Shown: piece by piece, positions 9,236-19,837 of the stretch
Layout of the letters: every line of letters begins with the position of its first letter
Numbering within the stretch: the first letter of the stretch is position 1
Assembly (NCBI GenBank): GCA_041659265.1
Contig: JBAZYP010000003.1
Span: forward strand, 101,221 to 165,220
Origin: Candidatus Pacearchaeota archaeon
GTDB taxonomy: Archaea; Nanobdellota; Nanobdellia; Pacearchaeales; GW2011-AR1
DNA: 64,000 nucleotides
Direction: 5' to 3'
Notes under the pieces: generated by a model
Told to the model about the DNA's origin: nothing
Databases searched by the model: none
The model's input: only the letters and a program-made list of their open reading frames with translations
Made by a program: the position numbers and the translations under genes

Positions 9236-9433
9236 TTATACTCCGCAACTTGGACAATAAGATGTTCTTGGTGTACCTATTACATAATCTTTATATAAAT
9301 GAGCATGTTCTTTAGAACAAAATGGTTTTTCTCTTAATCCAGTAAATTCTGGAACTTTAACTAGTTCAATAATCTCTTTTCCTCTTTCAATCTTATTAGA
9401 ACAGTACTGACATTTTTGTTTAAATAATTTCAT
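9236..9433 (-). CDS. Small zinc-ribbon protein (CxxC ... CxxC)
   Basis: CQYCSNK ... CSKEHAH ... CPSCGV. Confidence 0.4.
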   Translation of the reverse strand: MKLFKQKCQYCSNKIERGKEIIELVKVPEFTGLREKPFCSKEHAHLYKDYVIGTPRTSYCPSCGV

Positions 9434-9611
9434 TATATCAAGAACTGATATTTATATATAAACATTTTTTAGTATTGATAGAAATTAATTCAATTTAGCA
9501 GTACTTAAAAGAAAAACAGTTTTGCTAATTTTTTTCATTCTCTTAAAAAATATTTAATTTGCTTTTTGTTTAATAAGTTAGCTGCTGTAATAATTACCGA
9601 GACTTTATTCA

Positions 9612-10427
9612 CTATTCCAATTTTCCTTCTAAAGTTTGTTTAAACCAATTAAGAAATTTTTCATAATTCGTTCCTCTCTTATGCCAATCATGCATCTTAG
9701 CTACAATAAAAGAGAGATATAAAAATTGTTTGTATTCATCTGTAAAAAAACTTGGATCTGCAACTTCTTTATATCCTTCTAAAAATTCTTTTCTTGAATC
9801 AGGGCAAGTGAACCATTTTAAATATGCCTTAGCAAATCCCCTCCCTTTGGTTAAATGCCATATTGCATCAATATCAACAAGATAAGTATCACAATTATTA
9901 TCCATTCTAAAGTTTCTTGGAATAGAATCAGTTAATTCACTAACAATCTCAATTTTTTCAGGCCGGTAATTTGCATACCTATGACAAGCAGTTTTAAACT
10001 CTTCTTCACTTATAACTTTATTTTCTACTAAATAAATTGCTCCATTAAAAAAACTACCATCTACATCTTTTACAATATCATTTGGAATCTGGTTGACTAT
10101 AGCTTGCATTCTACCTATCTTTCTAGCTTGATTTTTATCTTCATAAGATAAATCTCTTCCTTCAATAAATTCATACAATATATCTCTTCCATCAATTTCA
10201 TACATAGTTGGAATAATGCCTGAATTTGATAAAGCTAAAGAATATTTTTTATATCTTTCAAGATTTTCAGAACTATTACATCTTCTTAAGATATATTTTT
10301 GATTATCAAGTATAGCTAAATGCACTTCTTTTGTCATTCCTCCACCTCCTTTAGGACATTCAAGTAATTTAACTTCCCCAAATTCAAGAATCTCTTTTAT
10401 TGTAGGAATGGTTCGGATTTGACTCAT
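9612..10427 (-). CDS. Protein-kinase-like fold protein (APH/choline-kinase/RIO-like small-molecule or protein kinase candidate)
   Basis: Gly-rich loop ECPKGGGGMTKEVHL, hinge-like YEFIEG, and YLVDIDAIWH resembling the kinase DFG-region IDxD/LVDID. Confidence 0.35.
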   Translation of the reverse strand: MSQIRTIPTIKEILEFGEVKLLECPKGGGGMTKEVHLAILDNQKYILRRCNSSENLERYKKYSLALSNSGIIPTMYEIDGRDILYEFIEGRDLSYEDKNQARKIGRMQAIVNQIPNDIVKDVDGSFFNGAIYLVENKVISEEEFKTACHRYANYRPEKIEIVSELTDSIPRNFRMDNNCDTYLVDIDAIWHLTKGRGFAKAYLKWFTCPDSRKEFLEGYKEVADPSFFTDEYKQFLYLSFIVAKMHDWHKRGTNYEKFLNWFKQTLEGKLE

Positions 10428-10715
10428 TTTTAATATATAATTTTATTATACAATACATTATAAATGTTACTATTATATAGTTACACCTATAGAAAGATTT
10501 ATATACTTGATTGAATTATATATAATATTAGTTGTCAAGGTATGGATATATTTCTAAATTATTATAATGAATTTTTTTATTAAATTTTACTTTCTCCCCC
10601 TCAATAATAGGGGCGAGTAAAGATAAAATATTAATTAAATAAGTAAGATTATGTCTTTTTCAAAGGCTATATTTTTCACCAAAAGTATTAAAAATAGATT
10701 TAGACAAATAATATT

Positions 10716-11651
10716 ATGGGTTTATTAAAAAAAATAGGTTTATTATTAATTTCAATTTTATTGATATTTACTCTTAGTTTTGCAGTAATACTTTATGGAT
10801 TTGGAGAAGTTTTCAATAAAGAGGTTTATTTTGATTCATGTGAAAAAAATAATGTATATTCTTCAATTGAATTTCAATTAAAAAATGAGTCTATGTCTGA
10901 ATTTTTTATTTTAGAAGGCGGAGTTAAACCTTTTGTTCAGGATAAAATTGTTAATTTCTTGGATTATATGAAAAATGAAAGAGATGATCTTGATTTAAAA
11001 ATTAAAGTTAATAAAACACTTCTCTATAAACAATTTGGCGAACAAATAAAAGATATTCCTTTATGTCCTGAAGAAGTTAAAGTTTTCAATAAAGAAAATA
11101 TCTGTAAACCGATTAATATGGGTAATGAGGAATTTATAGATAAAATTCTAGATTCTCAAAACATGTCCGGACTTATTACTGATAGTATTGATTTAAAAGA
11201 AACCTTTAATCAAGATGGTAATCTGGATAAAAATTTAAAAAATCTTAGACAAATTTATCCAATGTATCAAAAGATATTACTTGCTTTATTCATATTATCA
11301 ATTTTTTTTATTCTAATGATAATATTCATGGATTTAAACACAATTAAACCATTATTAAGGACCTTAGGAATTGTTTTAATTATTGTTTCAATAAATCTTT
11401 ACACATTTAGTTCAATACTTATTTCAACTTATGATAAAGAATCTGCTAAAATGATTTCTGAATTTAGTTCAGAAATTGATTTAACTATGTTTATAGGTCT
11501 TGTTAGGGATTTATTCGTTGCAATAACTTTAAAGATTAAACCTCTTGGTATTGGATTTTTAATTATAGGTTTAATATTTGTAATATTATCAATATTGATT
11601 AAAACAGATAGACCTATTATAAAAAGAAAAAAAGATATTCATAAAAAATAA
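10716..11651 (+). CDS. Membrane protein (N-terminal TM, several C-terminal TM helices), function unknown
   Basis: Hydrophobic segments in the ORF translation. Confidence 0.4.
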   Translation: MGLLKKIGLLLISILLIFTLSFAVILYGFGEVFNKEVYFDSCEKNNVYSSIEFQLKNESMSEFFILEGGVKPFVQDKIVNFLDYMKNERDDLDLKIKVNKTLLYKQFGEQIKDIPLCPEEVKVFNKENICKPINMGNEEFIDKILDSQNMSGLITDSIDLKETFNQDGNLDKNLKNLRQIYPMYQKILLALFILSIFFILMIIFMDLNTIKPLLRTLGIVLIIVSINLYTFSSILISTYDKESAKMISEFSSEIDLTMFIGLVRDLFVAITLKIKPLGIGFLIIGLIFVILSILIKTDRPIIKRKKDIHKK

Positions 11652-11714
11652 AATAATTCTTTTATTTTTTATTCAAGTTCTCTTAATAAATATTCATAAA
11701 TATCAAGTAGGCCA

Positions 11715-13565
11715 TTAATTTGGTTTAACTTTAAAATCCTTGACATAATTAATGGTTCTTGTAAATTCTTTTTTAAATTCATGAAATTCAGGTATATTTC
11801 GAGTTGATGTAACCAAATAATCATATAAATCTCCTATATCCTTTAAATGGACCAATGAATATCCTAAATATTGTGAATTATCAATATCTCTTTTTCTCTT
11901 ATCATAATAATTCATAGCTAAGACACAACTAAAATCATTTTGAAACTCTTTTCTTTCAGTTTCATCTAGAGAATGACATATTTTAAAATAACTTGGACAA
12001 TCAGAAATTGGAATATCTCCTCTTTTTTTATCATTACCAGAAAGAATAATTGGATGCCACTCTAAAAATTGTTCATTAACTAAAAAGTCTATTCCTCCAT
12101 TATTAAGATTTTTATCATTTACTTGAAAATTAACTTTTTCAATGATTCTATAACTTGGAATATATTTTTCAAGTAGTAAAGCTACAGCTCCTTCTTGTTG
12201 TGAGGAACAATAAAACCTTCCTTCTACATGATATGAATTTTTTCTATGTAATTCTACTGTCCTTTTTCCATTTATCCTGCCCATTCTTTTTCCGTTATCT
12301 TTTTGAATTTCTTTTAGTTCTTCTTCAGTTACTCCGGGAAAATAAGTTCCAAATCTTTCATATTTTGTTTTAGCAGATTTTTTACATATATCTGATATTT
12401 CTTCAGGAGTTTTATCCTTCCAAGGAAGTCCTTGATCTCTTATCCTATTTCTACCAATTTCTTTCTTTCTTTCTTTCGTGATATTTTTAGCTGGATTTCC
12501 ATTTACCTCGATATTTCTTTTTCCAGCTTTACTTCTTATTTGATAAGCTAATTCAGGATCAAGAGCTTGCTGTCTTTGTAGAGATTTACGACTTGTGATA
12601 ATTCTTTTTCTTTCAAATTTTTCCTCCGAGGTTAAAAATCTTGAAATATATTTTGTAATCATTTCTTTTGTTACTCCAAGAATTATAGCCAACTCAATAT
12701 TTTCAGTCATATTATAATCTTCTTGTTTTCTTGCGATTTCTAATTCCTCTTTAATAAGTTCAATCATAGCCACTCTATCTTCTATACTTGTTTTGCCATT
12801 TTTTGTTGCTGAACAAGCCGTTGATCTTTGTTTAGATTTTGTTTGATCATGTTCTTTTAAATACTTTCTAATAGAATTAACCGACCATCCTGTAAGGATT
12901 TTTAGTTCATCATGTGTTGGAAGTGAATATATTTTACCTTTTTCATAAAGTTCATATTGTTCATTTAAAAGTCCATTAAATGCTTTTATATCTTCAGGAT
13001 CAATCTGGCGTTCTTGAGAATGTAACACTCTGCTTCTAAAAGTTCTATCTATTTCATTTAATGAGGGTATAATATTATGTGAAATATATGTCCCTGAAGA
13101 ATCTATTATCTCTGCAAGTTCGTAATTAGGTGTTAATCTTTTAATTTTTCCTTGCCTATACATCTCAATTTCATCAGAGATTAATTCAACAAACGCTTCT
13201 TTATCTACATCATTTAGTAAAGTATTTTTTTTAATAATTTTTTCTATAGTTTCTTTAGAAAGTGGCTTTCCTTTTTTTAATTGAGATAATGTTTTTATTG
13301 GAAAACCCATTTTTTTTAAAATCTTTAAAGAAGTATCTTTCCTTATGTTAAGTTCTTTATCAAGATCATTTGCTGAAGCATCGCTTTGATGATATCTAAA
13401 TAAATAAAATTCATCAAGACTTGTTGCAAGTCCTCTTTCAATAACTTGTTTTTCAATATCAAGCCAATTTCTATAATTTGGTCTGGATCGAGGATCAGCA
13501 TCATTAATAATATCTTGAAGAGACCTTATTTCAAGTCCAGAAATATGATCAATAACCGTTGTCAT
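11715..13565 (-). CDS. Large 616-aa protein with repeated helix-turn-helix-like modules and a C-terminal possible nuclease-like domain. Last gene of an 11-gene operon.
   Basis: Three similar segments (ELAEIIDSSGTYISHNI, LKILTGWSVNSIRKYL, ELAIILGVTKEMITKYI). C-terminal GGIDFLVNEQFLEWH. No confident family assignment. Confidence 0.4.
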   Translation of the reverse strand: MTTVIDHISGLEIRSLQDIINDADPRSRPNYRNWLDIEKQVIERGLATSLDEFYLFRYHQSDASANDLDKELNIRKDTSLKILKKMGFPIKTLSQLKKGKPLSKETIEKIIKKNTLLNDVDKEAFVELISDEIEMYRQGKIKRLTPNYELAEIIDSSGTYISHNIIPSLNEIDRTFRSRVLHSQERQIDPEDIKAFNGLLNEQYELYEKGKIYSLPTHDELKILTGWSVNSIRKYLKEHDQTKSKQRSTACSATKNGKTSIEDRVAMIELIKEELEIARKQEDYNMTENIELAIILGVTKEMITKYISRFLTSEEKFERKRIITSRKSLQRQQALDPELAYQIRSKAGKRNIEVNGNPAKNITKERKKEIGRNRIRDQGLPWKDKTPEEISDICKKSAKTKYERFGTYFPGVTEEELKEIQKDNGKRMGRINGKRTVELHRKNSYHVEGRFYCSSQQEGAVALLLEKYIPSYRIIEKVNFQVNDKNLNNGGIDFLVNEQFLEWHPIILSGNDKKRGDIPISDCPSYFKICHSLDETERKEFQNDFSCVLAMNYYDKRKRDIDNSQYLGYSLVHLKDIGDLYDYLVTSTRNIPEFHEFKKEFTRTINYVKDFKVKPN

Positions 13566-13570
13566 TTTCC

Positions 13571-15667
13571 TTAATCTCCATTTTTAATATCAGCATTATA
13601 AAGATCACTTAGTTCTTTTCCAGTAGGAATCTTTCTATGAATCAGATATTTTAGTTTTATATCTTGGCTAAATGTTTCAAGATCACTCATTTGGGGTCTT
13701 GAATCTCTGTTCCTAAATCTATTTGGAAATCTTGCTTCACTTAGAGATTTTGAAAAAAGTTCAATCTCTTGACAGTCATAACCCGTACTAGTTATATCTT
13801 CAACTAAATAATTAATCCAAGGTTCATAACCAGAAAAATGATGGGAATGACAGTTAACTATGGAATCTCTTAAGAGAGTTTCAGGAATATTAATAATTTG
13901 AGTATTATCAGTTTTTTCAGGAGCGACTATACTAGAATTATTAACTTTTGGTTTAGTCTCATTTGGGAATTTTTCTTCATAATTAACAACTAAATTATCA
14001 AAAATACTTTTATAAAAATCATGATCATGCAGAAAATAAGAGACAATTATATCATAAGATAATTCAATGTTTCCTTCACTATTAGGTTCAAACATTCCTA
14101 AAGGTTCAAACAAAAATCCAGGACTATGACAAAAATAAGCCATTGATAGATTAGGATCAATATTATCAAGCACTTCAAGTCTTTTTAATTTTAATCTATT
14201 AAAATCATTTATAGCTCTATTCATAAAATGTTTATGATCAAAATATAATCCTTTTGATATTTTAGCAACTAGATTATTTTCAATATCATTTTCTTCAGCT
14301 TTTTTTATACAATCTAATAGGACACCCCTATATTTCTTTATATCCTTATCTATATATGACACTTCATTTAATAGTTCTGTTAAGTTTTCAACTGTTTCCT
14401 TGAACAATTTTCTTAGAACACCGTATCTTTCTTTAACATTTTGATTTGCATGTGCCTGAAGAGATATTTCTCTTGAAATCAGTTTTGTTATATCAACATT
14501 CAATCTAAATGACTTATCATATCCTTTATCAAATTCTCTTCTTTTTTTAGGATCTTTAACTGACATAATTGATTTTGTCATTATCTCTTCCATTGTTTTT
14601 GCTGGAATAAACCAATATTTATATTTGTTAAGTTCTTCATAAGATTCTTGTGTTTCAGGGCTCGAGACTAATCCTTCAAGCATTGACAATTGTTTTCTTG
14701 AAACTTGGATAGGTCTTTTATATTTCTCTCTTTCTTCTTGATTTTCAAAAATATCATAATATTCCATTAATTGATAGAATAATGGTGCTCCTTGTGTAAA
14801 TTTTCTTTCTACATTCTCATTTATACTTCCAGTAGAAATTCTTTCACAATCTTCAAAGGAAAATTCATTATTATCTTCAGATATCGTATTGAAAATAAGT
14901 CCTGTTTTTTGTTTTTCATCTGAATCATTTTTTTCAACATTTTTCTTTTCTCTTCTTCCAGAATTTCCAGAATCTACAATTCCAGTATCGACTTTTCTTT
15001 TTTTTCTTTCTCTAGGTCTTTCTGCTTCCTTTCTATCTTGATCATTAAAGATAATTGGATCAAACTGGTTTATTTGATAGTCTTGTCCTCTTGAGATTTC
15101 ATTTACAGTATATAAACTAAGGCGATTATTTTCAATATCCCTTTCAAAAGTATAATAAATTCTTGGTTTAATCTCAGGAGAGACAAAAATTATTCTTGAT
15201 TCTTTGTCACCATTAAGATGCCTATGAATTTCCCTTATTTGACTTTCAACATCTTCTTCATTAATCTTTAATTCAATATAAACTCTATTTCCGTTTTTAT
15301 CTATCGCTTTAATATCCGGTCTTCCTGATTTTAATCTAGACTGCCTTTCAATAAAAACTAATCCAGGTTCAATTTGTTCTATATTATAGTCTCTTGCAAT
15401 ATAAGTTTCAAAATCATCTTCTCTTCTATCTTTCTCAACCTTTTCTCTTTTAGAATGTGCATTTGCTTTTCCAATCCTTTGATATATTTTTCCTATTCTT
15501 TCAACTAGGTCTCTAAAACCAAACTTTTCACTAAACTCTTCAAAGACTTCAAGTTCTCTATGATATTTGCCTCCTGAAAGTTCTTCATTTTCTCTAACAA
15601 GTTCTTCAAGATCCGGCCTCAATAGAAATTTTATATCTTGATCAGGATCTATCATTGCTTGACTCAT
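13571..15667 (-). CDS. 698-aa protein with an N-terminal PD-(D/E)xK (restriction-endonuclease-like) motif and a large uncharacterised C-terminal region
   Basis: FIERQ ... GRPDIKAIDKNGNRVYIELK is the classic E ... PD ... (E)xK arrangement. K/R/E-rich linker. Confidence 0.45.
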   Translation of the reverse strand: MSQAMIDPDQDIKFLLRPDLEELVRENEELSGGKYHRELEVFEEFSEKFGFRDLVERIGKIYQRIGKANAHSKREKVEKDRREDDFETYIARDYNIEQIEPGLVFIERQSRLKSGRPDIKAIDKNGNRVYIELKINEEDVESQIREIHRHLNGDKESRIIFVSPEIKPRIYYTFERDIENNRLSLYTVNEISRGQDYQINQFDPIIFNDQDRKEAERPRERKKRKVDTGIVDSGNSGRREKKNVEKNDSDEKQKTGLIFNTISEDNNEFSFEDCERISTGSINENVERKFTQGAPLFYQLMEYYDIFENQEEREKYKRPIQVSRKQLSMLEGLVSSPETQESYEELNKYKYWFIPAKTMEEIMTKSIMSVKDPKKRREFDKGYDKSFRLNVDITKLISREISLQAHANQNVKERYGVLRKLFKETVENLTELLNEVSYIDKDIKKYRGVLLDCIKKAEENDIENNLVAKISKGLYFDHKHFMNRAINDFNRLKLKRLEVLDNIDPNLSMAYFCHSPGFLFEPLGMFEPNSEGNIELSYDIIVSYFLHDHDFYKSIFDNLVVNYEEKFPNETKPKVNNSSIVAPEKTDNTQIINIPETLLRDSIVNCHSHHFSGYEPWINYLVEDITSTGYDCQEIELFSKSLSEARFPNRFRNRDSRPQMSDLETFSQDIKLKYLIHRKIPTGKELSDLYNADIKNGD

Positions 15668-16302
15668 TTTCTTTCCTCCTCATCTTTTCTTTCCTGAATT
15701 TGCTTTTTCTCCCATTCTTCATTTCTTTTTTTAAGAGACTGATTTATTTCATCAATCTTAGTTTTTATTAGATTAGGTAGATTTGTTGGTTCTTGATAAA
15801 TCTCTGATATCTTTACTAAAGGTATATCTCCAGCATATTTTAAAAAAAGTTTTTTCCCAGGTTTATGAGAGGGCCCATAACCAAAGGTTATAACAGATAA
15901 ATCTTGAGGAACAATTTCTTCATCTGGTTTTGAGGTATATAGAATAAGTCCATCACTATTTTGATCAAGTTCAATTATTTTAGCTTGTTCAAGTTCCATT
16001 CTAAGAATTTCCACTTGTTTTTCAAGATTATAATAACAAGTGCTTGCTGTTTCTTCTAATGCAAGTTTTTTTACTGTTTCATATTGATATGGCTTTAATT
16101 CTCCATTATAATTAAATTGAACAAAGTTTTTATCATCTGTTCGCAATTCTAGACCTAATAAAAATAATCCGGGTTTTGATATATCAGGTATTTTTGCATA
16201 ACTTACAGGAGTTACTACAATAGGATCTTGTTGAAGTTTTAAAGTTAAATGATATATTCTTCTATCAAAATTTCTTGATCCATTTTCAATTGAGGGTTTC
16301 AT
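15664..16302 (-). CDS. Hypothetical protein with K/E-rich C-terminus
   Basis: ORF track. 4-nt overlaps with both neighbours. Confidence 0.4.
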   Translation of the reverse strand: MKPSIENGSRNFDRRIYHLTLKLQQDPIVVTPVSYAKIPDISKPGLFLLGLELRTDDKNFVQFNYNGELKPYQYETVKKLALEETASTCYYNLEKQVEILRMELEQAKIIELDQNSDGLILYTSKPDEEIVPQDLSVITFGYGPSHKPGKKLFLKYAGDIPLVKISEIYQEPTNLPNLIKTKIDEINQSLKKRNEEWEKKQIQERKDEEERK

Positions 16303-17657
16303 TTTAATCCTCCAAAGTCACTTGTTTTTGAACCAAAAATAATTCCATTAGATTCTAAAAAATCATTAACTCCCCTTGTAGGAAGTTTTGGATCTCCTTC
16401 TCTATATCTTTTATCAAATAGTTTTAGAGAATCATTGAATATTTTGGCATTAATTGGATCTTCAAAATCTTTTTCATAAATATCAATAATGGCAGATAAA
16501 GCACTTCTATAATTACTATAATCTTTGAAAGAAGAATCTAAAACTAATTTATATTCAGCTAATACTGGTTCTAATTTTTTATTTACTAATCCATCATAAG
16601 TTCCATTAATTCCATTTTTTTCATTAATAACACTTTCTTCAATTGCATCTGTTAAAGCCTTTGATTTTAAACACCATGCCCTTGGAAATCTTATATCACA
16701 TTCATATAATGTTTTAGGATATTTATTCAAGAATTCTTCGCTTTTTTTAAGATATTCTTCAGGACTAATTGTTTTAGTTCTGTTACTTCCATGTTCAAAT
16801 AAAATAGTTTTTACTTCACTTTCAGCTTTTTTAAGGGAAATATATTCTTCAAATTCTTTTGGTATTAAACCTGCTTCTTGTGCTAATCTTATTTTTCCTA
16901 TAATTTTTTGATTTGGCTTAATTTGATTTCCATTTAAATCTTTACTACCATAAAAAAAATCGACAAATAAATTTGGATTTATTTCTGCTTCAGAACATGT
17001 TTCTGCAATATCTTCACCAATATTAGATCTAGCATAATCCGAGATAAAACCCTGTCTTTGAAATTCTTCCCTTCCAATAATATCTTCTAAATAATGACCA
17101 ACAAATTTTAATCGGGATAGTTCGCTTTTTATCTTTCCTATATATAGGCTATCTCCATTTTCATCTTTAGCTAATTCATTCCATTTTTTATAAAAATCAT
17201 TATCACAATATTCTGAAGCCTTATTATGTTTGATTTCATGTATTAAAGTATCATTTCCAGATGATTTGTTTACTTCAATTTTTCCTTTTCCAAAAGGTAT
17301 AAAAACTCCTTCGTTTCTTTTTAAAAAACAAAATTCAAATTGATTAATAACATCCTTTTTAAGATAATTATTTGATCTTATGGTTATATTAGACAAATCA
17401 AAATAATTTTCTTGTTGTTCTCTTTCAAAAATATATGATAATTGAGAAACTAAACCTTCATTATCCTCAACATCATCCCTAAATCCTCTTAAGGAGAGAT
17501 CATATTCTTCTTCAAACTCTCTTCTTACTTGGCTAGGATTATTTGAATTATTTATATTATTTATTGTGTAATTTGCTTGAGTTCCAAGGTGCAATAATAT
17601 TGTTGGAACAATCAAGAGTTTTGCTAATCCTTTTAATAATGTTTTAAATTTTTTCAT
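16299..17657 (-). CDS. Secreted protein with an HExxH motif (putative zinc metallopeptidase)
   Basis: Signal-peptide-like N-terminus MKKFKTLLKGLAKLLIVPTILL. HEIKH at about residue 150. Downstream GEDIAE supplies a possible third ligand. Confidence 0.4.
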   Translation of the reverse strand: MKKFKTLLKGLAKLLIVPTILLHLGTQANYTINNINNSNNPSQVRREFEEEYDLSLRGFRDDVEDNEGLVSQLSYIFEREQQENYFDLSNITIRSNNYLKKDVINQFEFCFLKRNEGVFIPFGKGKIEVNKSSGNDTLIHEIKHNKASEYCDNDFYKKWNELAKDENGDSLYIGKIKSELSRLKFVGHYLEDIIGREEFQRQGFISDYARSNIGEDIAETCSEAEINPNLFVDFFYGSKDLNGNQIKPNQKIIGKIRLAQEAGLIPKEFEEYISLKKAESEVKTILFEHGSNRTKTISPEEYLKKSEEFLNKYPKTLYECDIRFPRAWCLKSKALTDAIEESVINEKNGINGTYDGLVNKKLEPVLAEYKLVLDSSFKDYSNYRSALSAIIDIYEKDFEDPINAKIFNDSLKLFDKRYREGDPKLPTRGVNDFLESNGIIFGSKTSDFGGLK

Positions 17658-18532
17658 TTTCTTTCCTCCTGTGTTTTAGTGCATGCAACATAACTGAATT
17701 TACCTATATCAAAACCCATATCAAGTTTTGATTCATCAGGTTGAAAATAAGCTAAACCGCATTTGTATAATGAATTAGGTTTATATCGCTTGAATTTAAA
17801 ATTAGGAGCTAAAAAATTTATTAGTTCAACTGATCTCTTAACTAAAACTCTTTCTCTTGAAGTTTTTTTCTTTTTATTGAAATAATATTCATTAGCATAT
17901 TTTCTCGCTTCTTCTCTATCTATATCAATTGGTGGAGTTGATTTTTCTTGAAAAAATAATATAGGATAACTTCCTTTTCTTTTTTGTTTATCGCATGTTC
18001 CAATTATTACCATAATAGGTTTAACATATAGTCCGCTTTTATGATATTGGCTTCTTAAACTAGTCATAACTTCAGTATCTGCAATTGAAGGAGTCGGTTC
18101 TCCTGAAGGATGAGTATGAAAATGAAATAAAGTATAATATTTATCAAGTTCATCAGGAACTTCTGAAAATTCAGGTTCTATCTTTGGATAAGATTCTAAT
18201 AATAATCTGTTTTCAGAACAAAAATCAGTAAATTCAAAATCATCTTCTGGATTTATTTGTCCAAATTTTTTATAAAGTTGATTAGCAAAGTCATAACTAG
18301 TAGGTAAACTTACACTTTTTTCGTCTCCTATGATTATTGTGTCTGGATAATATAATCTTGAACCAAATACTTCTTTTTTAATTTCATATAATATCTCTAA
18401 ATCTCCAACCCCTAGATTACTCCTATCATAAGTTGATATTTCTATAGCTCTTTCTAAACCTGAAATAAATCTCTTGCTAGTTATTTCTCTTTCTAAAAGT
18501 TCTCTATCTACAATTTCAAATTGCTCAGTCAT
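17654..18532 (-). CDS. JAB/MPN (JAMM) metalloprotease-domain protein
   Basis: FHFHTHPSGEPTPSIAD fits the JAMM motif HxHx7Sx2D. Confidence 0.55.
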   Translation of the reverse strand: MTEQFEIVDRELLEREITSKRFISGLERAIEISTYDRSNLGVGDLEILYEIKKEVFGSRLYYPDTIIIGDEKSVSLPTSYDFANQLYKKFGQINPEDDFEFTDFCSENRLLLESYPKIEPEFSEVPDELDKYYTLFHFHTHPSGEPTPSIADTEVMTSLRSQYHKSGLYVKPIMVIIGTCDKQKRKGSYPILFFQEKSTPPIDIDREEARKYANEYYFNKKKKTSRERVLVKRSVELINFLAPNFKFKRYKPNSLYKCGLAYFQPDESKLDMGFDIGKFSYVACTKTQEERK

Positions 18533-19229
18533 TATTAATCTCCATATTTTTTGTTATAAAATTTTTATAATCATTTGGCTTCAACCAGTTAATTCTTGGA
18601 ATTTTTCCAGATAATAAATAAGATATTCTCAATAATTTTGATCTTTTTTTTAATTCTTCTTGAGTTAAATTTTTATATTCAATTAATTTTACTTCACTAT
18701 CTTCAATATCAAAACCAGTTTGATTTTTTTTCAAAACTATACTTTGACTGGCACATGATATAGATAAATAACCTTTAGATTTAACAAGCCGGGTTATTCC
18801 TTGAAGTATACTTCTATAATCTTTATCACTAATATTATCTCCAACATTATCAAAAGTTAAATTATTCATTAAAACAACCATATCAAAGGATTCATCCATG
18901 AATGGAGGTTGATTTGGAAGCCTATATCCATGTTCTCGATAAAATTTAGGGGATCTATTTAATATTTCTGCAAATTGAATTACCTCAGGATTTATATCAA
19001 TTCCAACGACTTCTGAATCCGGATAAAGTTTTTGAATTTCTTGAGTAGTTAATCCATATGAGCATCCCCAATCTAAAATTCTTGAATCTTTTGGTAATAG
19101 TGGTAATTTTCCAAAGGTTTCTTTAACTCTTCCATTCCATGTTGAATTAGATATCCAATATGATCTTTCTTCAAGACAATCTTGAGGAATATATTCAGCT
19201 GTTAATTTTGTTTCTAATTTTTCAGTCAT
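18525..19229 (-). CDS. Class I SAM-dependent methyltransferase
   Basis: Motif I ILDWGCSYGLTT plus acidic motif II VVGIDINPEV. Confidence 0.65.
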   Translation of the reverse strand: MTEKLETKLTAEYIPQDCLEERSYWISNSTWNGRVKETFGKLPLLPKDSRILDWGCSYGLTTQEIQKLYPDSEVVGIDINPEVIQFAEILNRSPKFYREHGYRLPNQPPFMDESFDMVVLMNNLTFDNVGDNISDKDYRSILQGITRLVKSKGYLSISCASQSIVLKKNQTGFDIEDSEVKLIEYKNLTQEELKKRSKLLRISYLLSGKIPRINWLKPNDYKNFITKNMEINND

Positions 19230-19837
19230 TTTATTCTACCTCCACATACTTTTTTTATTCTTCTTTTCATCTTTATTTTAGTAAATGGACTCCAAAAATC
19301 ACTAGCTTTTTCAATTCTACCCATAATCCCATATCCAATTGAAGAATCATTTGCTCCAAATAAATGGCTTAATTCATGTAAAATTGATCTGTATCTTAAA
19401 TCCTCATTTGTTGCTATATTTACAACAGCAAGTTTTTCATCTTCATCGCTTGATCCTAAACAAATATTTCCAAAATGATTATTTCCATTTCTATTAATTA
19501 AAATTAATTTGTATCTATCTATTAAATCTCCAGAAAAAATTTGTTTGTAATCCATTAATATTTTTCCACACCTTGTAGCATCAACATAATCGTCCAATAA
19601 TTTTTTATCTGATTTATTTGAAGTGGATAATTTTCCTAATACAAATAACTCAGGAATTGATTGAGCATAAGGTGCTTTAATTATTCTCATATTAAAACTT
19701 GTATCAAATTCATCATTAAATTTATCATTAACTCTTCCTAATAAATTAAATAATCTAACTCTACTTTCGGAATTATCATAAATATCATGCATCTCAGGAG
19801 TCAAATATACTCCAAGTTCTAAATTAAATTTACTCAT
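19226..19837 (-). CDS. Putative zincin-like metallopeptidase (HExxHxxG; archaemetzincin-like signature without the Cys motif)
   Basis: RSILHELSHLFGANDSS. Confidence 0.4.
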   Translation of the reverse strand: MSKFNLELGVYLTPEMHDIYDNSESRVRLFNLLGRVNDKFNDEFDTSFNMRIIKAPYAQSIPELFVLGKLSTSNKSDKKLLDDYVDATRCGKILMDYKQIFSGDLIDRYKLILINRNGNNHFGNICLGSSDEDEKLAVVNIATNEDLRYRSILHELSHLFGANDSSIGYGIMGRIEKASDFWSPFTKIKMKRRIKKVCGGRIK

